Shown here: in pieces, positions 18,938 through 28,577 of the stretch
How positions within the stretch are numbered: the stretch's first letter is position 1
Layout of the letters: the number at the start of each line of letters is the position of its first letter
Assembly (NCBI GenBank): GCA_963716255.1
Contig: OY970303.1
Span: 1,344,001 to 1,408,000, forward strand
Length of the DNA stretch: 64,000 nt
Direction of reading: 5' to 3'
DNA from: an uncultured Gemmatimonadales bacterium
Lineage (GTDB): Bacteria > Gemmatimonadota > Gemmatimonadetes > Longimicrobiales > Longimicrobiaceae
The notes under the pieces: generated by a model
The model's input: the letters and a program-made list of their open reading frames with translations, nothing else
Told to the model about the DNA's origin: nothing
The model's database searches: none
Position numbers and translations under genes: made by a program

Positions 18938-19699
18938 GTGAGCGAGGAATTCCGGGACCACTTCTCGGGCGTGGCGGAAGGGTACGCGCGCTTCCGCCCC
19001 GGGTACCCGGCGGCGCTGTTCGCGTGGCTGGCGGAGCGCGCGCCGGGGCGGGGGCTGGCGTGGGACTGCGCCACCGGGAGCGGCCAGGCGGCGCTGGGGC
19101 TCGCGGAACACTTCCGGCGCGTGGTGGCGACGGACGCCAGCGCGGAGCAGGTGGCCGCTGCCCGCCCGCACGCCGGGGTGGACTTCCGCGTCGCGCCGGC
19201 GGAGCGGAGCGGCCTGGACGACGACGCGGCCGACCTGGTGACGGTGGCCCAGGCGCTCCACTGGTTCGACGTGCCCGCGTTCTTTCGCGAGGCGAGGCGC
19301 GTCCTCCGCCCCGGCGGCCTGCTCGCCGCCTGGTGCTACGGCAACCCCGTCCTGCCGGACCCGGCGCTGGACGGCGCGCTCTCCGCCTTCATCGACGGCG
19401 CCGTGGGCCCGTACTGGCCCCCGGAGCGCCGCCTGATCCTGGAGGGCTACGCCACCCTCGCCTTTCCCTTCCGCGAGATCGCGCCGCCGCCTCTGGCCAT
19501 GGAGGCGGACCTCACCCTGGACGGCTTCGCGGGGTACCTGCGCACCTGGTCCGCGACGACCCGGTACGTCGCCGCCCACGGTCTGGACCCCGTCGACGGC
19601 CTGGTGGAGGAGCTGCGCCCCGCCTGGGGCGACCCCGACGCGCCCCGCCGCGTCCGCTGGCCGCTCGCCTTCCGCGTGGGCTACGCCGAAGCGGAGTAG
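18938..19699 (+). CDS. Class I SAM-dependent methyltransferase
   Basis: FRDHFS..YARFRPGYP, AWDCATGSGQAA, VTVAQALHWFD. Confidence 0.92.
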   Translation: MSEEFRDHFSGVAEGYARFRPGYPAALFAWLAERAPGRGLAWDCATGSGQAALGLAEHFRRVVATDASAEQVAAARPHAGVDFRVAPAERSGLDDDAADLVTVAQALHWFDVPAFFREARRVLRPGGLLAAWCYGNPVLPDPALDGALSAFIDGAVGPYWPPERRLILEGYATLAFPFREIAPPPLAMEADLTLDGFAGYLRTWSATTRYVAAHGLDPVDGLVEELRPAWGDPDAPRRVRWPLAFRVGYAEAE

Positions 19700-19725
19700 C
19701 GCGGCCGCCCCCCCCAAAAACTTGT

Positions 19726-19873
19726 GCGGAGGGAGACCCGCCGGCAGTTTGGCGGGGCTCCCGCAGCTGGAGCGGAGACACCGGGGCGGTTTCCGGTGGC
19801 TCCCGGGGTACCCGCGAAGCGGGTCGCCGCGCAGGAGACGGACGGCAGTATCGTCCGGCTCCGGAGCGGCCCC
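19726..19873 (+). repeat. Family B triple-hairpin repeat, copy 2
   Basis: GGAGGGAGACCCGCC-GGCAGTTT-GGCGGGGCTCC ... GGAGACGGAC-GGCAGTATC-GTCCGGCTCCGGAGCGGCCCC. Confidence 0.85.
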
Positions 19874-19905
19874 GCCCCAGCACGCAGCCCTTTCCGACAG
19901 GACCG

Positions 19906-21045
19906 ATGCCGACCGACAACACCCCCGTCTGGGACGACCACCCGGGACTCGCCCTGCCCTCGCTGGAGGGGGACGTGGACGCGGACGTGTGCGTGGTGGG
20001 GCTGGGCGGCTCGGGGCTGGCGTGCGTGGGGGAGCTGCTGGGGCTGGGCGCGCGGGTGGTGGGAATCGACGCGGGGCCGGTGGCGGGCGGCGCGGCGGGG
20101 CGCAACGGCGGGTTCCTGCTGGCGGGGACCTACCACTTCTACCACGACGCGGTGGAGCGGTACGGACACGCCCGCGCGCTGCGCCTGTACCGGCTGACGC
20201 TGGCGGAGATGGAACGCATGGCGGGGGAGACGCCGGAGGCGGTGCGGCGGACCGGCTCGGTGCGCGTGGCGTCGACGGCGGAGGAGGAGGACGACTGCCG
20301 GGCGCAGCTGGACGCCATGCGCGCGGACGGGCTCCCCGCGGAGCCGTACGAGGGCCCGGAGGGGCGCGGCCTGCTGATCCCCTCGGACGCCGCCTTCCAC
20401 CCCGTGCTCCGCTGCCGGGTGCTCGCCCGGCGCGCGGCGGAGCGGGGCGGACGCCTCTTCGAGCGCTCGCCCGCACTGTCGGTCTCGGGGACGGAGGTGG
20501 CGACGGAGCGCGGCCGGGTGCGCTGCGGCCGGGTGGTGGTGGCGGTGGACGGACGCCTGGACGCCGTGCTCCCGGAGCTCGCCGGGCGGGTGCGCACGGC
20601 GCGCCTGCAGATGCTCGCCACGGCCCCGGCGCCCGAGGTGCGCATCCCGCGCCCGGTGTACGCGCGCTGGGGCTACGAGTACTGGCAGCAGCTTCCGGAC
20701 GGGCGCGTGGCGCTGGGCGGTTTCCGCGACCACGCGGACGAGTGGACGCACGCGGCGGAGCCGTCGGCGCGGGTGCAGGAGCTTCTGGAGCGCTTTCTCC
20801 GCGAGAGGATCGGGGTGCGCGCGCCGGTGACGCACCGCTGGGCGGCGTCGGTGGGGTACACGGCGGACAGGCTCCCGGTGCTGGAGGAGGTGCGCCCCGG
20901 GGTGTACGCGGCGGGCGGCTACAGCGGGACGGGCAACGTGGTGGGGGCGCTGTGCGGCCGGGCCGCGGCGCAGCTCGCCGTGCAGGGCGCCTCGGAGATC
21001 GCGGACGCGTTCTCCGCGGACGCTCCGGCCCCGGCGGCGCGGTGA
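19906..21045 (+). CDS. FAD-dependent oxidoreductase (DAO/PuuB-like)
   Basis: DVCVVGLGGSG, GAAGRNGG, GGYSGTG motifs. Confidence 0.88.
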   Translation: MPTDNTPVWDDHPGLALPSLEGDVDADVCVVGLGGSGLACVGELLGLGARVVGIDAGPVAGGAAGRNGGFLLAGTYHFYHDAVERYGHARALRLYRLTLAEMERMAGETPEAVRRTGSVRVASTAEEEDDCRAQLDAMRADGLPAEPYEGPEGRGLLIPSDAAFHPVLRCRVLARRAAERGGRLFERSPALSVSGTEVATERGRVRCGRVVVAVDGRLDAVLPELAGRVRTARLQMLATAPAPEVRIPRPVYARWGYEYWQQLPDGRVALGGFRDHADEWTHAAEPSARVQELLERFLRERIGVRAPVTHRWAASVGYTADRLPVLEEVRPGVYAAGGYSGTGNVVGALCGRAAAQLAVQGASEIADAFSADAPAPAAR

Positions 21046-21052
21046 ACGCCGG

Positions 21053-21140
21053 GCCCTCACCCGGCTCGCCTGAGGCTCGCCACCCTCGCCCTTCATCCGG
21101 TTCACGCGAAGCGTGAAGCGCCATTCTGGGAGAGGGGGCC
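21053..21140 (+). repeat. Family D REP-like element
   Basis: GCCCTCACCCGGCTCGC..GGCTCGCCACCCTC..TTCATCCGGTTCACGCGAAGCGTGAAGCGCCATTC; related copies at 45340-45423 (rev), 53666-53721, 57726-57783 (rev), 32271-32297. Confidence 0.75.
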
Positions 21141-21274
21141 AACAGCGGTGCGCTTCGGCAAGTTCCGTGTTGGAGCAAGGAACCCTCCCCCGACCTCCCG
21201 GCGCAGATCGCAGGAACGACGAACGACACCGGCCCCGGAGGTTCACTCCGCGGGCCGGTGTCGTTTCGCGATGT

Positions 21275-21404
21275 CGCGTGAGGGATTTCGGCCCGAAGGG
21301 GCGAGACCGCGCGGCTGTTTGCGCGGGCTCGACTCCGTTACGCAGCGTTGTTTGCTGCGTTACGGAGCCGAAGCCCGACCCCGGCGCCAGCCGGGGGCAC
21401 GCCC
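21275..21404 (-). repeat. Family A structured repeat, copy 4
   Basis: Reverse orientation; stem ACGCAGC/GCTGCGT. Confidence 0.95.
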
Positions 21405-21429
21405 GAACCCGCCCTTCAAAGCCGTTCCT

Positions 21430-21846
21430 CTACGGACGCGAGATGGACAGAACGTACCCGCTGGTGGATGAACGGACGCCGCTGGCGGGGTCCACCACCT
21501 CCTGGACGGTGGCGCGGTAGGCGGATGCCCGGCCCACGTCGGGGACGGTGAAGCGCACGAGCGGCCCGCTGGAGATGCGCCCGAAGACGGCGGCCCGGAA
21601 CGACGTGCCGCCGGTGCGGGCGTGGACCGAGTAGCCGCTCCCCGCGTCGGCCACGGCGGTGGCCTCGTCCGGCCCGGTGACCGTGATGAGCACGGCGCGG
21701 TCGTCCGGGAACGGGGTGGTGAGCGCCACCGTGAGCGCGCCCGGCCGCGGGGTCTCCGGCGCCACCCCCATCCCGGCGTCGCCGCAGGCGGAGAGCGCGG
21801 CCGCGGCGAGGCCGGCGAGGACGAGGGCGAAGCGGCGTGCGATCAT
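21430..21846 (-). CDS. Lipoprotein, predicted beta-sandwich
   Basis: Lipobox LSAC; beta-rich mature part. Confidence 0.8.
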   Translation of the reverse strand: MIARRFALVLAGLAAAALSACGDAGMGVAPETPRPGALTVALTTPFPDDRAVLITVTGPDEATAVADAGSGYSVHARTGGTSFRAAVFGRISSGPLVRFTVPDVGRASAYRATVQEVVDPASGVRSSTSGYVLSISRP

Positions 21847-21907
21847 CGGGGGGCTCCGTGGCGGGGCGTGGGGGTGGGACGCGATGCGGCGGGAGTAGCG
21901 GCGGGGC

Positions 21908-23734
21908 TCAGGGCCGCGCGGGGTCGATCGTGCCGGCGGGGGCTTCCTGCCCGCTCGCCAGCATCCAGGCGCGCACGTCTCCCAGGTCCAGGCGGCCGTT
22001 GCGGTTCCCCTGGAGGTCCAGGAAGCCCACCTCCGCGGCGGTGAGCGGGGTGCCGGTGCCCATCAGGTGGTCCAGGACGCGGTCCACCGGGAGGAAGGCG
22101 GCGGCCACGGGCAGGGTGAAGGCGCGCGCGGCGGAGGCGCCGCCGGAGGTGGCGGTCACGGTGAAGACGAAGGTGCCGGCGCGGGTGGGGACGCCGCGGA
22201 GGGTGCCGTCCGCGGCGCCGAGAACGACGCCCGGGGGGAGGGCGCCGGCGCTCAGTCGCCAGGCGACGGCGCCGGGGGTGCCGCTGGCCTGGAGGGCGTC
22301 GGCGTAGTCGCGGCCCACCACGGCGGCGGGGCGCACGCTGTCGGAGGCCAGGGCGAAGGGGGCGCCGGGCGCGCCGCCCAGGGCGATGCGGACGCGGAAG
22401 CCGGTGGGGGTGGCCGCTTCCACCGCCACGGTGATGCCGGCGGCGGCGTCGGAAAAGGTCTCGCCGGGGAGCCAGGCGGCGGCGGCGTCGTTGGGATCGC
22501 CGTTGTTGTCGGTGTCCACCACGCGGGCGGGGCGGTCGGCGGCGGCGGGGTCCACGCGGTGGAGCACCACCGCCTCGGCCGGGAGGCGCCCGGCGGCGTC
22601 GTAGCCGGCGCCGCGGCGTGCCTCCACCGTGTAGAAGTGGCGGGAGCCGGGGATGGGCACCTGCGCCATGACGTAGTTGCCGGCGGGGGCCTGCGCGCTG
22701 CGCTCGATGACGATGGTACGGCTGGTCCCCGTCTCGGCGACGTACTTGCGCGCGGGGGCCACCCAGCCGAGCAGGTCCTTGTAGTAGGCGATGGGATGGT
22801 TGGCGACGTGGGTCCCCTGCCCGGCGTCGTAGTAGCCGCCCACGCTCATCAGGTCCCAGCGGGAGTCGTAGGTGGCGGCGTAGGGGCCGGAGGAGTGCGG
22901 CAGCCCGAAGGAGTGTCCGGCCTCGTGGGCGTAGGTCATCTGGGTGGACCAGGAGGCCATCCAGGTCATCCCCACGGTGCGCGTCTGGCCGTCGCGCGAG
23001 AGCGTCCAGCTCCCGCCCCAGGAATATCCGTCGAGCTCGCCGTTGAGCTGGAGGTTGATGCCGGCGTACGCCGTGAAGTTGACGTCGGCGTCGGCGGCGG
23101 CGGTGCAGTCGTCGGTGAGCCGCGCGTAGCTGAGCCGGCCGTCCGGGAAGTAGTACGAGCGGGCGCGCGGCAGGGTGTACCAGCCGTACACGGCGCTCCC
23201 GCCGGTCCCCACCTTGCCCTCTGACGCCTCGCGCCAGTAGTCGTCCAGCCCGGGGTACGCGGCCCCCATCCAGCGCTCGTAGGTGGCGCGGGGCCGGGGC
23301 TCGGTGGCGGCGGCGTCGCCGAAGCGGCAGAGCACGGTGGCGAACGGCTTCTGCCCGGCCTGCGCGGTGGCCGCGGCGAGCGACAGGCGGGACCCGGAGA
23401 CGGCGGGGCGCACGGACGCGGCGGGGACCGGGGCCCCGCTGCCGTCGGGCGCCCGCTCGGCGACGAGGGTGACGCGGCGCCGGTTGAGGGCGAGCACGCC
23501 GCCGGCGCTCTCCAGCTCCTCCACGCGCAGGAGCAGCTCGACGGCGCGGCCGGCGTCGTCCACCAGGAGGTACCGCTCCCCCGCCGGCCCGGACCCGGAG
23601 GGTCCGTCCGCCCACAGCACGTGCAGCGTGCCGGTGAGCGTGGCCTGCTGTGCTGCGGCCGGGGAGGCCGCGATCAGCGGGAGAAGCGCGCCGAGGAGGG
23701 AGCGGCGCGTGGAGCGGCGGGCGGGACGGTGCAT
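21908..23734 (-). CDS. Secreted metzincin (M6-like) metalloprotease with putative Ig domain and dockerin/EF-hand-like tail
   Basis: HEAGHSFGLPH zinc motif, WDLMS Met-turn, GALPPGVVL...GVPTRAGTFVFTVTAT Ig, DLQGNRNGRLDLGD tail. Confidence 0.85.
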   Translation of the reverse strand: MHRPARRSTRRSLLGALLPLIAASPAAAQQATLTGTLHVLWADGPSGSGPAGERYLLVDDAGRAVELLLRVEELESAGGVLALNRRRVTLVAERAPDGSGAPVPAASVRPAVSGSRLSLAAATAQAGQKPFATVLCRFGDAAATEPRPRATYERWMGAAYPGLDDYWREASEGKVGTGGSAVYGWYTLPRARSYYFPDGRLSYARLTDDCTAAADADVNFTAYAGINLQLNGELDGYSWGGSWTLSRDGQTRTVGMTWMASWSTQMTYAHEAGHSFGLPHSSGPYAATYDSRWDLMSVGGYYDAGQGTHVANHPIAYYKDLLGWVAPARKYVAETGTSRTIVIERSAQAPAGNYVMAQVPIPGSRHFYTVEARRGAGYDAAGRLPAEAVVLHRVDPAAADRPARVVDTDNNGDPNDAAAAWLPGETFSDAAAGITVAVEAATPTGFRVRIALGGAPGAPFALASDSVRPAAVVGRDYADALQASGTPGAVAWRLSAGALPPGVVLGAADGTLRGVPTRAGTFVFTVTATSGGASAARAFTLPVAAAFLPVDRVLDHLMGTGTPLTAAEVGFLDLQGNRNGRLDLGDVRAWMLASGQEAPAGTIDPARP

Positions 23735-24035
23735 CTTGAGGGGAAGCTCGCGTGCATCCGGGGGTGGAGCGAGACCGCGGCCCGGGGATCCGGAGGGCGG
23801 CGGCCCGCGCGGCGGCCGGACATCCCGCCCCGCGCACTTCCCCCAGGGCGAGTGCCATGCCGGACCCAGCACGTTTTACAAGTGCTTGTGGAAAATAATT
23901 TTACAGGGGTGGCACGTCGTGTTGCAGGCCCGCGGGAGCCGGCATTCCGCAGGAATTGCGGCAATCCGCAAGCGGTCGAGAGGGATGCACCAGGAGGGAA
24001 AAGCGCCGGCACTGGCGGCTCGCCAGCGCGAGCCC

Positions 24036-24165
24036 CGCGTGAGGGATTACGGCCCGAAGGGGCGAGACCGCGCGGCTGTTTGCGCGGGCTCGACTCCGTT
24101 AGCCCGCGTTGTTTGCGGGCTTACGGAGCCGAAGCCCGACCCCGGCGCCAGCCGGGGTCACGCCC
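24036..24165 (-). repeat. Family A structured repeat, copy 5
   Basis: Reverse orientation, just downstream of the DUF4132 stop. Confidence 0.95.
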
Positions 24166-24190
24166 AACCCCGCCGTACAAAAAAGCCGTC

Positions 24191-26647
24191 TCAGGACCCA
24201 CGGATCTGGCTCAAGATGGCAGGGTCGGTGATGCGGGCGTCGTCCGCGAGCAGCAGCGCCTTGCTCAGGATCACGGCGAAGACGCGGTCGCCCTCGAAGG
24301 GAAGGAACCGGGCCTCCCCCTCGCGGCTCTGCGTGGAGCGGTCGGGCACGATGCACAGGTACTGGTCGTCGGGCTCCATGAGGATGTTGCCGCTCCCCAG
24401 GTGGATCTTGTAGGTGCGGACCGTTCCCTCCACCACCAGGAAGCGGCCCTGGATGCGGCTGCGGGAGGCGATCCCGAGCCGCGGCAGCAGCCTTTCCAGC
24501 ACCGCCCTGCGCGTCTCGGCGGCGGCGCTCAGCTCGCCGAACGAGAAGTCCTGCCAGTAGTCGCGGTAGCGCACGCCGCCGTGGTCCTGCCAGCCGGGGT
24601 CGTTGCCGATGCTGGCCACGCCGACGAACAGGTCCACCATCCGCATCACCTCGGACAGGACGAGCCGCGGCACCTCCACCAGCGGACGGGGGTGCTGGCC
24701 CGGCCCCACGAAGCGCACCTGGTCGGTCGCCACGTACAGGTAGATGCCTGCGTCCGTCCACGCGTCGTCCGCGGCGACCGAGTCCACCCAGTACTCGGCG
24801 CGCAGCCCGTGCGCCGGCATCTCCAGCGTCGCTCCGACGGCGTAGTCGGCGTCGAAGGCGCCCTGGAGCGGGTAGCTCCACCCCTTCTGGTCCGCGAGCG
24901 CCTTCAACTGGTGCTGCTTGAGCACGTGCGCGGCGAAGCGGTTGGAGTAGGTGTGGGTCCTCACCTCGGCCTCCGTCAGCAGGTACACCTCGCGGTGGGC
25001 CTGCTTGAACGGCTGCCGCACTTCGTGGCCCTCCACCCAGCAGCGCCAGGCGAGCACCTCGTCCACGCGGGCCTCGACGGGGTGCCAGAGCGTGACGGGC
25101 GCGTCGGGGGACGGCTCCGCGACGGGCCGGTCCCGTGCGTCCACCAGGCCGCCGGGGCCCAGGATGGCGCTCCCGCTCCCGCCGATGCTCCAGATCAGCC
25201 GCCGCGCGAGCTGGCCCACGAGCGGGTGGTCCAGGTAGCGGGCGCGCCAGTCGGCGAAGCGGAGGGTGCGGCCCTCCAGGTACAGCCGCTCCAGGCGCTC
25301 GCGCTGGGCGGGAAGCATGGCCTGTACGTCCTTGACCGCGCCCTTGAGCTCGGCGAGCTCGGCGGCGTGCGCGTCGCGCACCGCGGCGGGAACCGACTTC
25401 TGCCCCCGGCCGCCGGCGCGCAGCCAGCTCCAGGCGGGCGCCCCGCCGGCCGGGAAGACGACCTCGGCGGTGTGGTCGCCGAAGCGGCGCCGGAAGCGCC
25501 CCGGCGCGTCCAGCCCGAAGGTGGGGACGGAGATCTCCTCCAGCTCGCTCGGCGTGATCCCCTCGCGCTCGGCCACCACGGCGAGCGCTTTCTCGATCGC
25601 AGCCCGGGCGGAGCGCTGCCTGACCACCAGCTGGAGCCGGGCGAGCTGGGCGACGGCGTCCGGCCCGGGGAGCTGGCCCAGCACGTGGAGGCCGGCGTTG
25701 CCGACCTTGGCGCTGCGCTGCCCGACCCGCGGGACCTTGCGGAGGGCGCTCTGGGTGACGTCGCCCACCTCCCGCGCGAGCGCCGGCTCGTCCAGCACGA
25801 GACAGCACCAGAGGAGGCCCTTGAGCACCTCCGCGTTGGACTCGTCCAGCGGCCGGGCGCTCCCCGCGGGGACCCGGGGCAGCCAGTCCCGGAGCGCGCG
25901 GACGACCCGGTCCCGCCCGACGCGGCCGACGAGGGCGGAGGCGGCCCCCAGCCACTTCGCGGAGGGGCGCCCGGAGGTCGCGCTCCTGGCGTGCGAGAGC
26001 AGCGCCTCCCAGGCGGCGCGGCGCTCCGCGTCCGCCTCCGCGCGCAGGGAGGCGAGGGCCGCGTCGGCCCATGCCTCGCCGGAGTTCAGGCCGCCGGGGG
26101 ACAGGTCGCCCAGAAGCTCCCCGATCTTCAGCGCCAGGCGGCGCGCCGGGGCGAGCTGGAGCTCCCGGAGGGGGACGCGGAGGGCGGCGAGCGCCGCGCG
26201 CACGAGCGGGGTCGCGGGATGCTCGCCCAGGTAGCGCTCCACGTGGCGGAACAGCGACACCGTGGCGTCCAGGCCCTCGACCTGGAGCACGCGCGGGTCG
26301 AGGAGGCGGAGCACGTCGGCTTCCGTGAAGGGGAGCTTCCGCCGGGCGAGCTCGCCGGCCAGGTTGGCGAGGGCGGCGTGCAGGTACTGGACGCTCTTCT
26401 CGTCGCGCCGGAGGGCGCGCCGCCGCTCCAGCGCGGCGAGGAGCACGGCCGTCTGCTCCGCGGGCGGCAGGGCGAGCAGGTGCCGGCCCGCCTCCAGGTC
26501 CTTGGGCTGGAGGTACCAGTGGGAGACGCCCCGCGTCGTCTCGATCTCGTGGACGAACCCCCGCAGGTACTCCTCCAACAGCCTCGCCGCCTCGCGCGCC
26601 GGCGAGGAGCGCGCTCCGAAGAGCGCGCCGATGCGTCCCAGGGCCAT
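24191..26647 (-). CDS. DUF4132 domain-containing protein
   Basis: QRERLERLYL, YLDHPLVGQLARRLIW, LWHPV, QPFKQAHREVY, YSNRFAAH, VLSEVMRMVDLFV motifs. Confidence 0.88.
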   Translation of the reverse strand: MALGRIGALFGARSSPAREAARLLEEYLRGFVHEIETTRGVSHWYLQPKDLEAGRHLLALPPAEQTAVLLAALERRRALRRDEKSVQYLHAALANLAGELARRKLPFTEADVLRLLDPRVLQVEGLDATVSLFRHVERYLGEHPATPLVRAALAALRVPLRELQLAPARRLALKIGELLGDLSPGGLNSGEAWADAALASLRAEADAERRAAWEALLSHARSATSGRPSAKWLGAASALVGRVGRDRVVRALRDWLPRVPAGSARPLDESNAEVLKGLLWCCLVLDEPALAREVGDVTQSALRKVPRVGQRSAKVGNAGLHVLGQLPGPDAVAQLARLQLVVRQRSARAAIEKALAVVAEREGITPSELEEISVPTFGLDAPGRFRRRFGDHTAEVVFPAGGAPAWSWLRAGGRGQKSVPAAVRDAHAAELAELKGAVKDVQAMLPAQRERLERLYLEGRTLRFADWRARYLDHPLVGQLARRLIWSIGGSGSAILGPGGLVDARDRPVAEPSPDAPVTLWHPVEARVDEVLAWRCWVEGHEVRQPFKQAHREVYLLTEAEVRTHTYSNRFAAHVLKQHQLKALADQKGWSYPLQGAFDADYAVGATLEMPAHGLRAEYWVDSVAADDAWTDAGIYLYVATDQVRFVGPGQHPRPLVEVPRLVLSEVMRMVDLFVGVASIGNDPGWQDHGGVRYRDYWQDFSFGELSAAAETRRAVLERLLPRLGIASRSRIQGRFLVVEGTVRTYKIHLGSGNILMEPDDQYLCIVPDRSTQSREGEARFLPFEGDRVFAVILSKALLLADDARITDPAILSQIRGS

Positions 26648-26653
26648 GCGCGC

Positions 26654-27049
26654 TCAGCCCCCGACCAGCGGGACCAGCTCGAGGAAGCTGACCGCGGTGT
26701 CGACCCCGATCACGATCTCCTCGTCGAGGCTCGTCGCCTGGCGGTCGTCCACGAGGACCATGAAGCCGTTGCGCTCGAAGGCTTCCGTCGCCCGGTCGGC
26801 CTGCTCTTCCCAGTCGATGCGGCGGGGGGTGCGGAGCCGGAAGCCGTTGAGCGTGCGCTCGGCGTCGACCGGCTGGACCAGCCCCTGGAAGAGCTCGGGG
26901 CAGCGGAGGTTGTAGTCCTGCACCTCCTGGTAGACGCGCTTGCGGATCAGCTCGCGCACGGAAGCGCGCTCGGTCAGGAAGTCGAGCGTGCAAGCCGGGG
27001 TGCGCTCCCCGGACAGCGTCTCGTCGTAGATGGTCAATGCGGAGGACAT
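26654..27049 (-). CDS. Ubiquitin/ThiS-like protein ending in LVGG (131 aa)
   Basis: MSSALTIYDETLSG...FMVLVDDRQATSLDEEIVIGVDTAVSFLELVPLVGG*; 6 bp upstream of DUF4132 start. Confidence 0.8.
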   Translation of the reverse strand: MSSALTIYDETLSGERTPACTLDFLTERASVRELIRKRVYQEVQDYNLRCPELFQGLVQPVDAERTLNGFRLRTPRRIDWEEQADRATEAFERNGFMVLVDDRQATSLDEEIVIGVDTAVSFLELVPLVGG

Positions 27050-27171
27050 GGCGGGTCCGGGTGGGGGAGGGGCCGGAGCGGCGGGCCGCGGCCCCCGCAA
27101 GATAGGGCGTGGGCACCCCCGGCGACAGAAAGCGGGAGCGGCAGGCACCATTCCTGCCGCGCGCACGGGCC

Positions 27172-27921
27172 ATGTCGACCCGGATCCGCATCGTGCAGAC
27201 CACCCGCTCCGAGACGCGTGTCGCGGGGGGGCGGCGCATCGTCCTGGACTTCCGCGAGGAGGACGGGGACCCGGTGCCCGCCATCCTCCTGCTCCCGGAC
27301 GCGGAAGCCGCCGCGCCGGGCGCGCTCCTGCTGCACGGCTACTCGTCGCGCAAGGAGCACATGGCGGACGAGGTGGGGCGCGCGCTGCTGGCGGAGGGGA
27401 TCGCCAGCCTGGCCGTGGACCTGCCGCTGCACGGCGACCGAGGCGACCCTCTGCAGGCGCAGTCGGCGCGGAACCCGCTGGCCGCGGTGCGCCTGTGGCG
27501 CTCGGCGCTGCAGGAGGCGAAGCTCGCCGTGCGCTACCTGGGCGCGCGCCGGGAGGTGGACGGCGGACGGCTGGGGGCGGCGGGGTATTCGCTGGGCTCC
27601 TTCCTGGCGGTGGCGCTGGCGGCCGGCGAGCCCCGGGTGAAGGCGGTGGTCGTGGCCGCCGGGGGCGACCTGCCCTCGGGGACGCCGCTCGCCGCCGTGG
27701 CCCGCACCGTGGTGGACCCCGCCCGCGCCGTGCGCAGGCTGTCCCCGCGCCCGCTGCTCATGGTGCACGGCCGCGACGACCGCACCGTGCGCCCCGAGCA
27801 GGCGGAGCGCCTGTACGCCGCCGCCGGCGAGCCCAAGGAGCTCCGCTGGTACGCCGCGGGCCACCATCTCCCTGCCGCCGCCATCCAGTACGCCGCCGGC
27901 TGGCTGCGGGAGCGGCTGTAG
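27172..27921 (+). CDS. Alpha/beta hydrolase
   Basis: LLLHG, GYSLG nucleophile, HGRDD, AGH triad. Confidence 0.88.
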   Translation: MSTRIRIVQTTRSETRVAGGRRIVLDFREEDGDPVPAILLLPDAEAAAPGALLLHGYSSRKEHMADEVGRALLAEGIASLAVDLPLHGDRGDPLQAQSARNPLAAVRLWRSALQEAKLAVRYLGARREVDGGRLGAAGYSLGSFLAVALAAGEPRVKAVVVAAGGDLPSGTPLAAVARTVVDPARAVRRLSPRPLLMVHGRDDRTVRPEQAERLYAAAGEPKELRWYAAGHHLPAAAIQYAAGWLRERL

Positions 27922-28090
27922 CCCGCGCGCACCTTCCCCGCCCCGGACGCTTCACGCGGAAGTCGCAGATCCCAAGGGTCCATTTCCTGCATACGGCACA
28001 CAGTATCGGTCACCGGGTGCGACACGATCACCCGGCATCGCCGCTGCGTCCGAGGACACGGCGGATCACTTCCTTCACATGGAGCGCTCC

Positions 28091-28240
28091 ATGAACAAGA
28101 CCGCCAAGCCCGTTTCGCCCCGGAGGCTGGTCCTGAGCAGGGAGACCGTGCGGTTGATGAACGAGCCGGTGTCCGCCGACGACGCCGCGACCGGGTGCGC
28201 CTGCCCGACCCGCTGCACCTGTACGTCGAACCTCTGCTGA
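28091..28240 (+). CDS. Cys-rich RiPP-like precursor peptide 2 (49 aa; absent from ORF track)
   Basis: GGAG RBS; manual translation MNKTAKPVSPRRLVLSRETVRLMNEPVSADDAATGCACPTRCTCTSNLC*. Confidence 0.75.
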   Translation: MNKTAKPVSPRRLVLSRETVRLMNEPVSADDAATGCACPTRCTCTSNLC

Positions 28241-28328
28241 CGCCGTCCGGACGAGCACGAGCGGGTGGGCGGCCTCGCCGGCCGCCCACCCGCTCTTCGC
28301 ATCCAGGACAGCCTTTCGCGCGGAGCCC

Positions 28329-28458
28329 CGCGTGAGGGATTCCGGCCCGAAGGGGCGAGACCCGGCGGCAGTTTGCCGGGGCTCGACTCCGTTACGCACG
28401 GTTGTTTCGTGCGTTACGGAGCCGAAGCCCGACCCCGGCGCCCGCCGGGGGCACGCCC
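28329..28458 (-). repeat. Family A structured repeat, copy 6
   Basis: Reverse orientation; stems ACGCACG/CGTGCGT and CCCGGC/GCCGGG. Confidence 0.95.
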
Positions 28459-28577
28459 GAATCCTCCCGTTCCTCAATCCGTTGAACCGTCAGCCTTTCC
28501 AAACCCTGGCACCGCGTGTGCACTGCGGCCTGCGACGAAAAGATCCATCCGCCGGAACCACCGGATCCCGAAGAACG

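Noticed and set aside
24036..24165. Recurring peptides in the ORF track (TEPKPDPGASRGHA, YGAEARPRRQPG, REGFRPEGARP) as a protein domain
   Set aside because: They are translations of family A DNA in various frames, without consistent starts or RBS.
23621..27640. 1339-aa plus-strand ORF and similar long ORFs (13410-16331, 39935-42856, 29708-32278, 51318-53972)
   Set aside because: Antisense or off-frame shadows of real genes in high-GC DNA; Arg/Gly/Pro-rich with no motifs.
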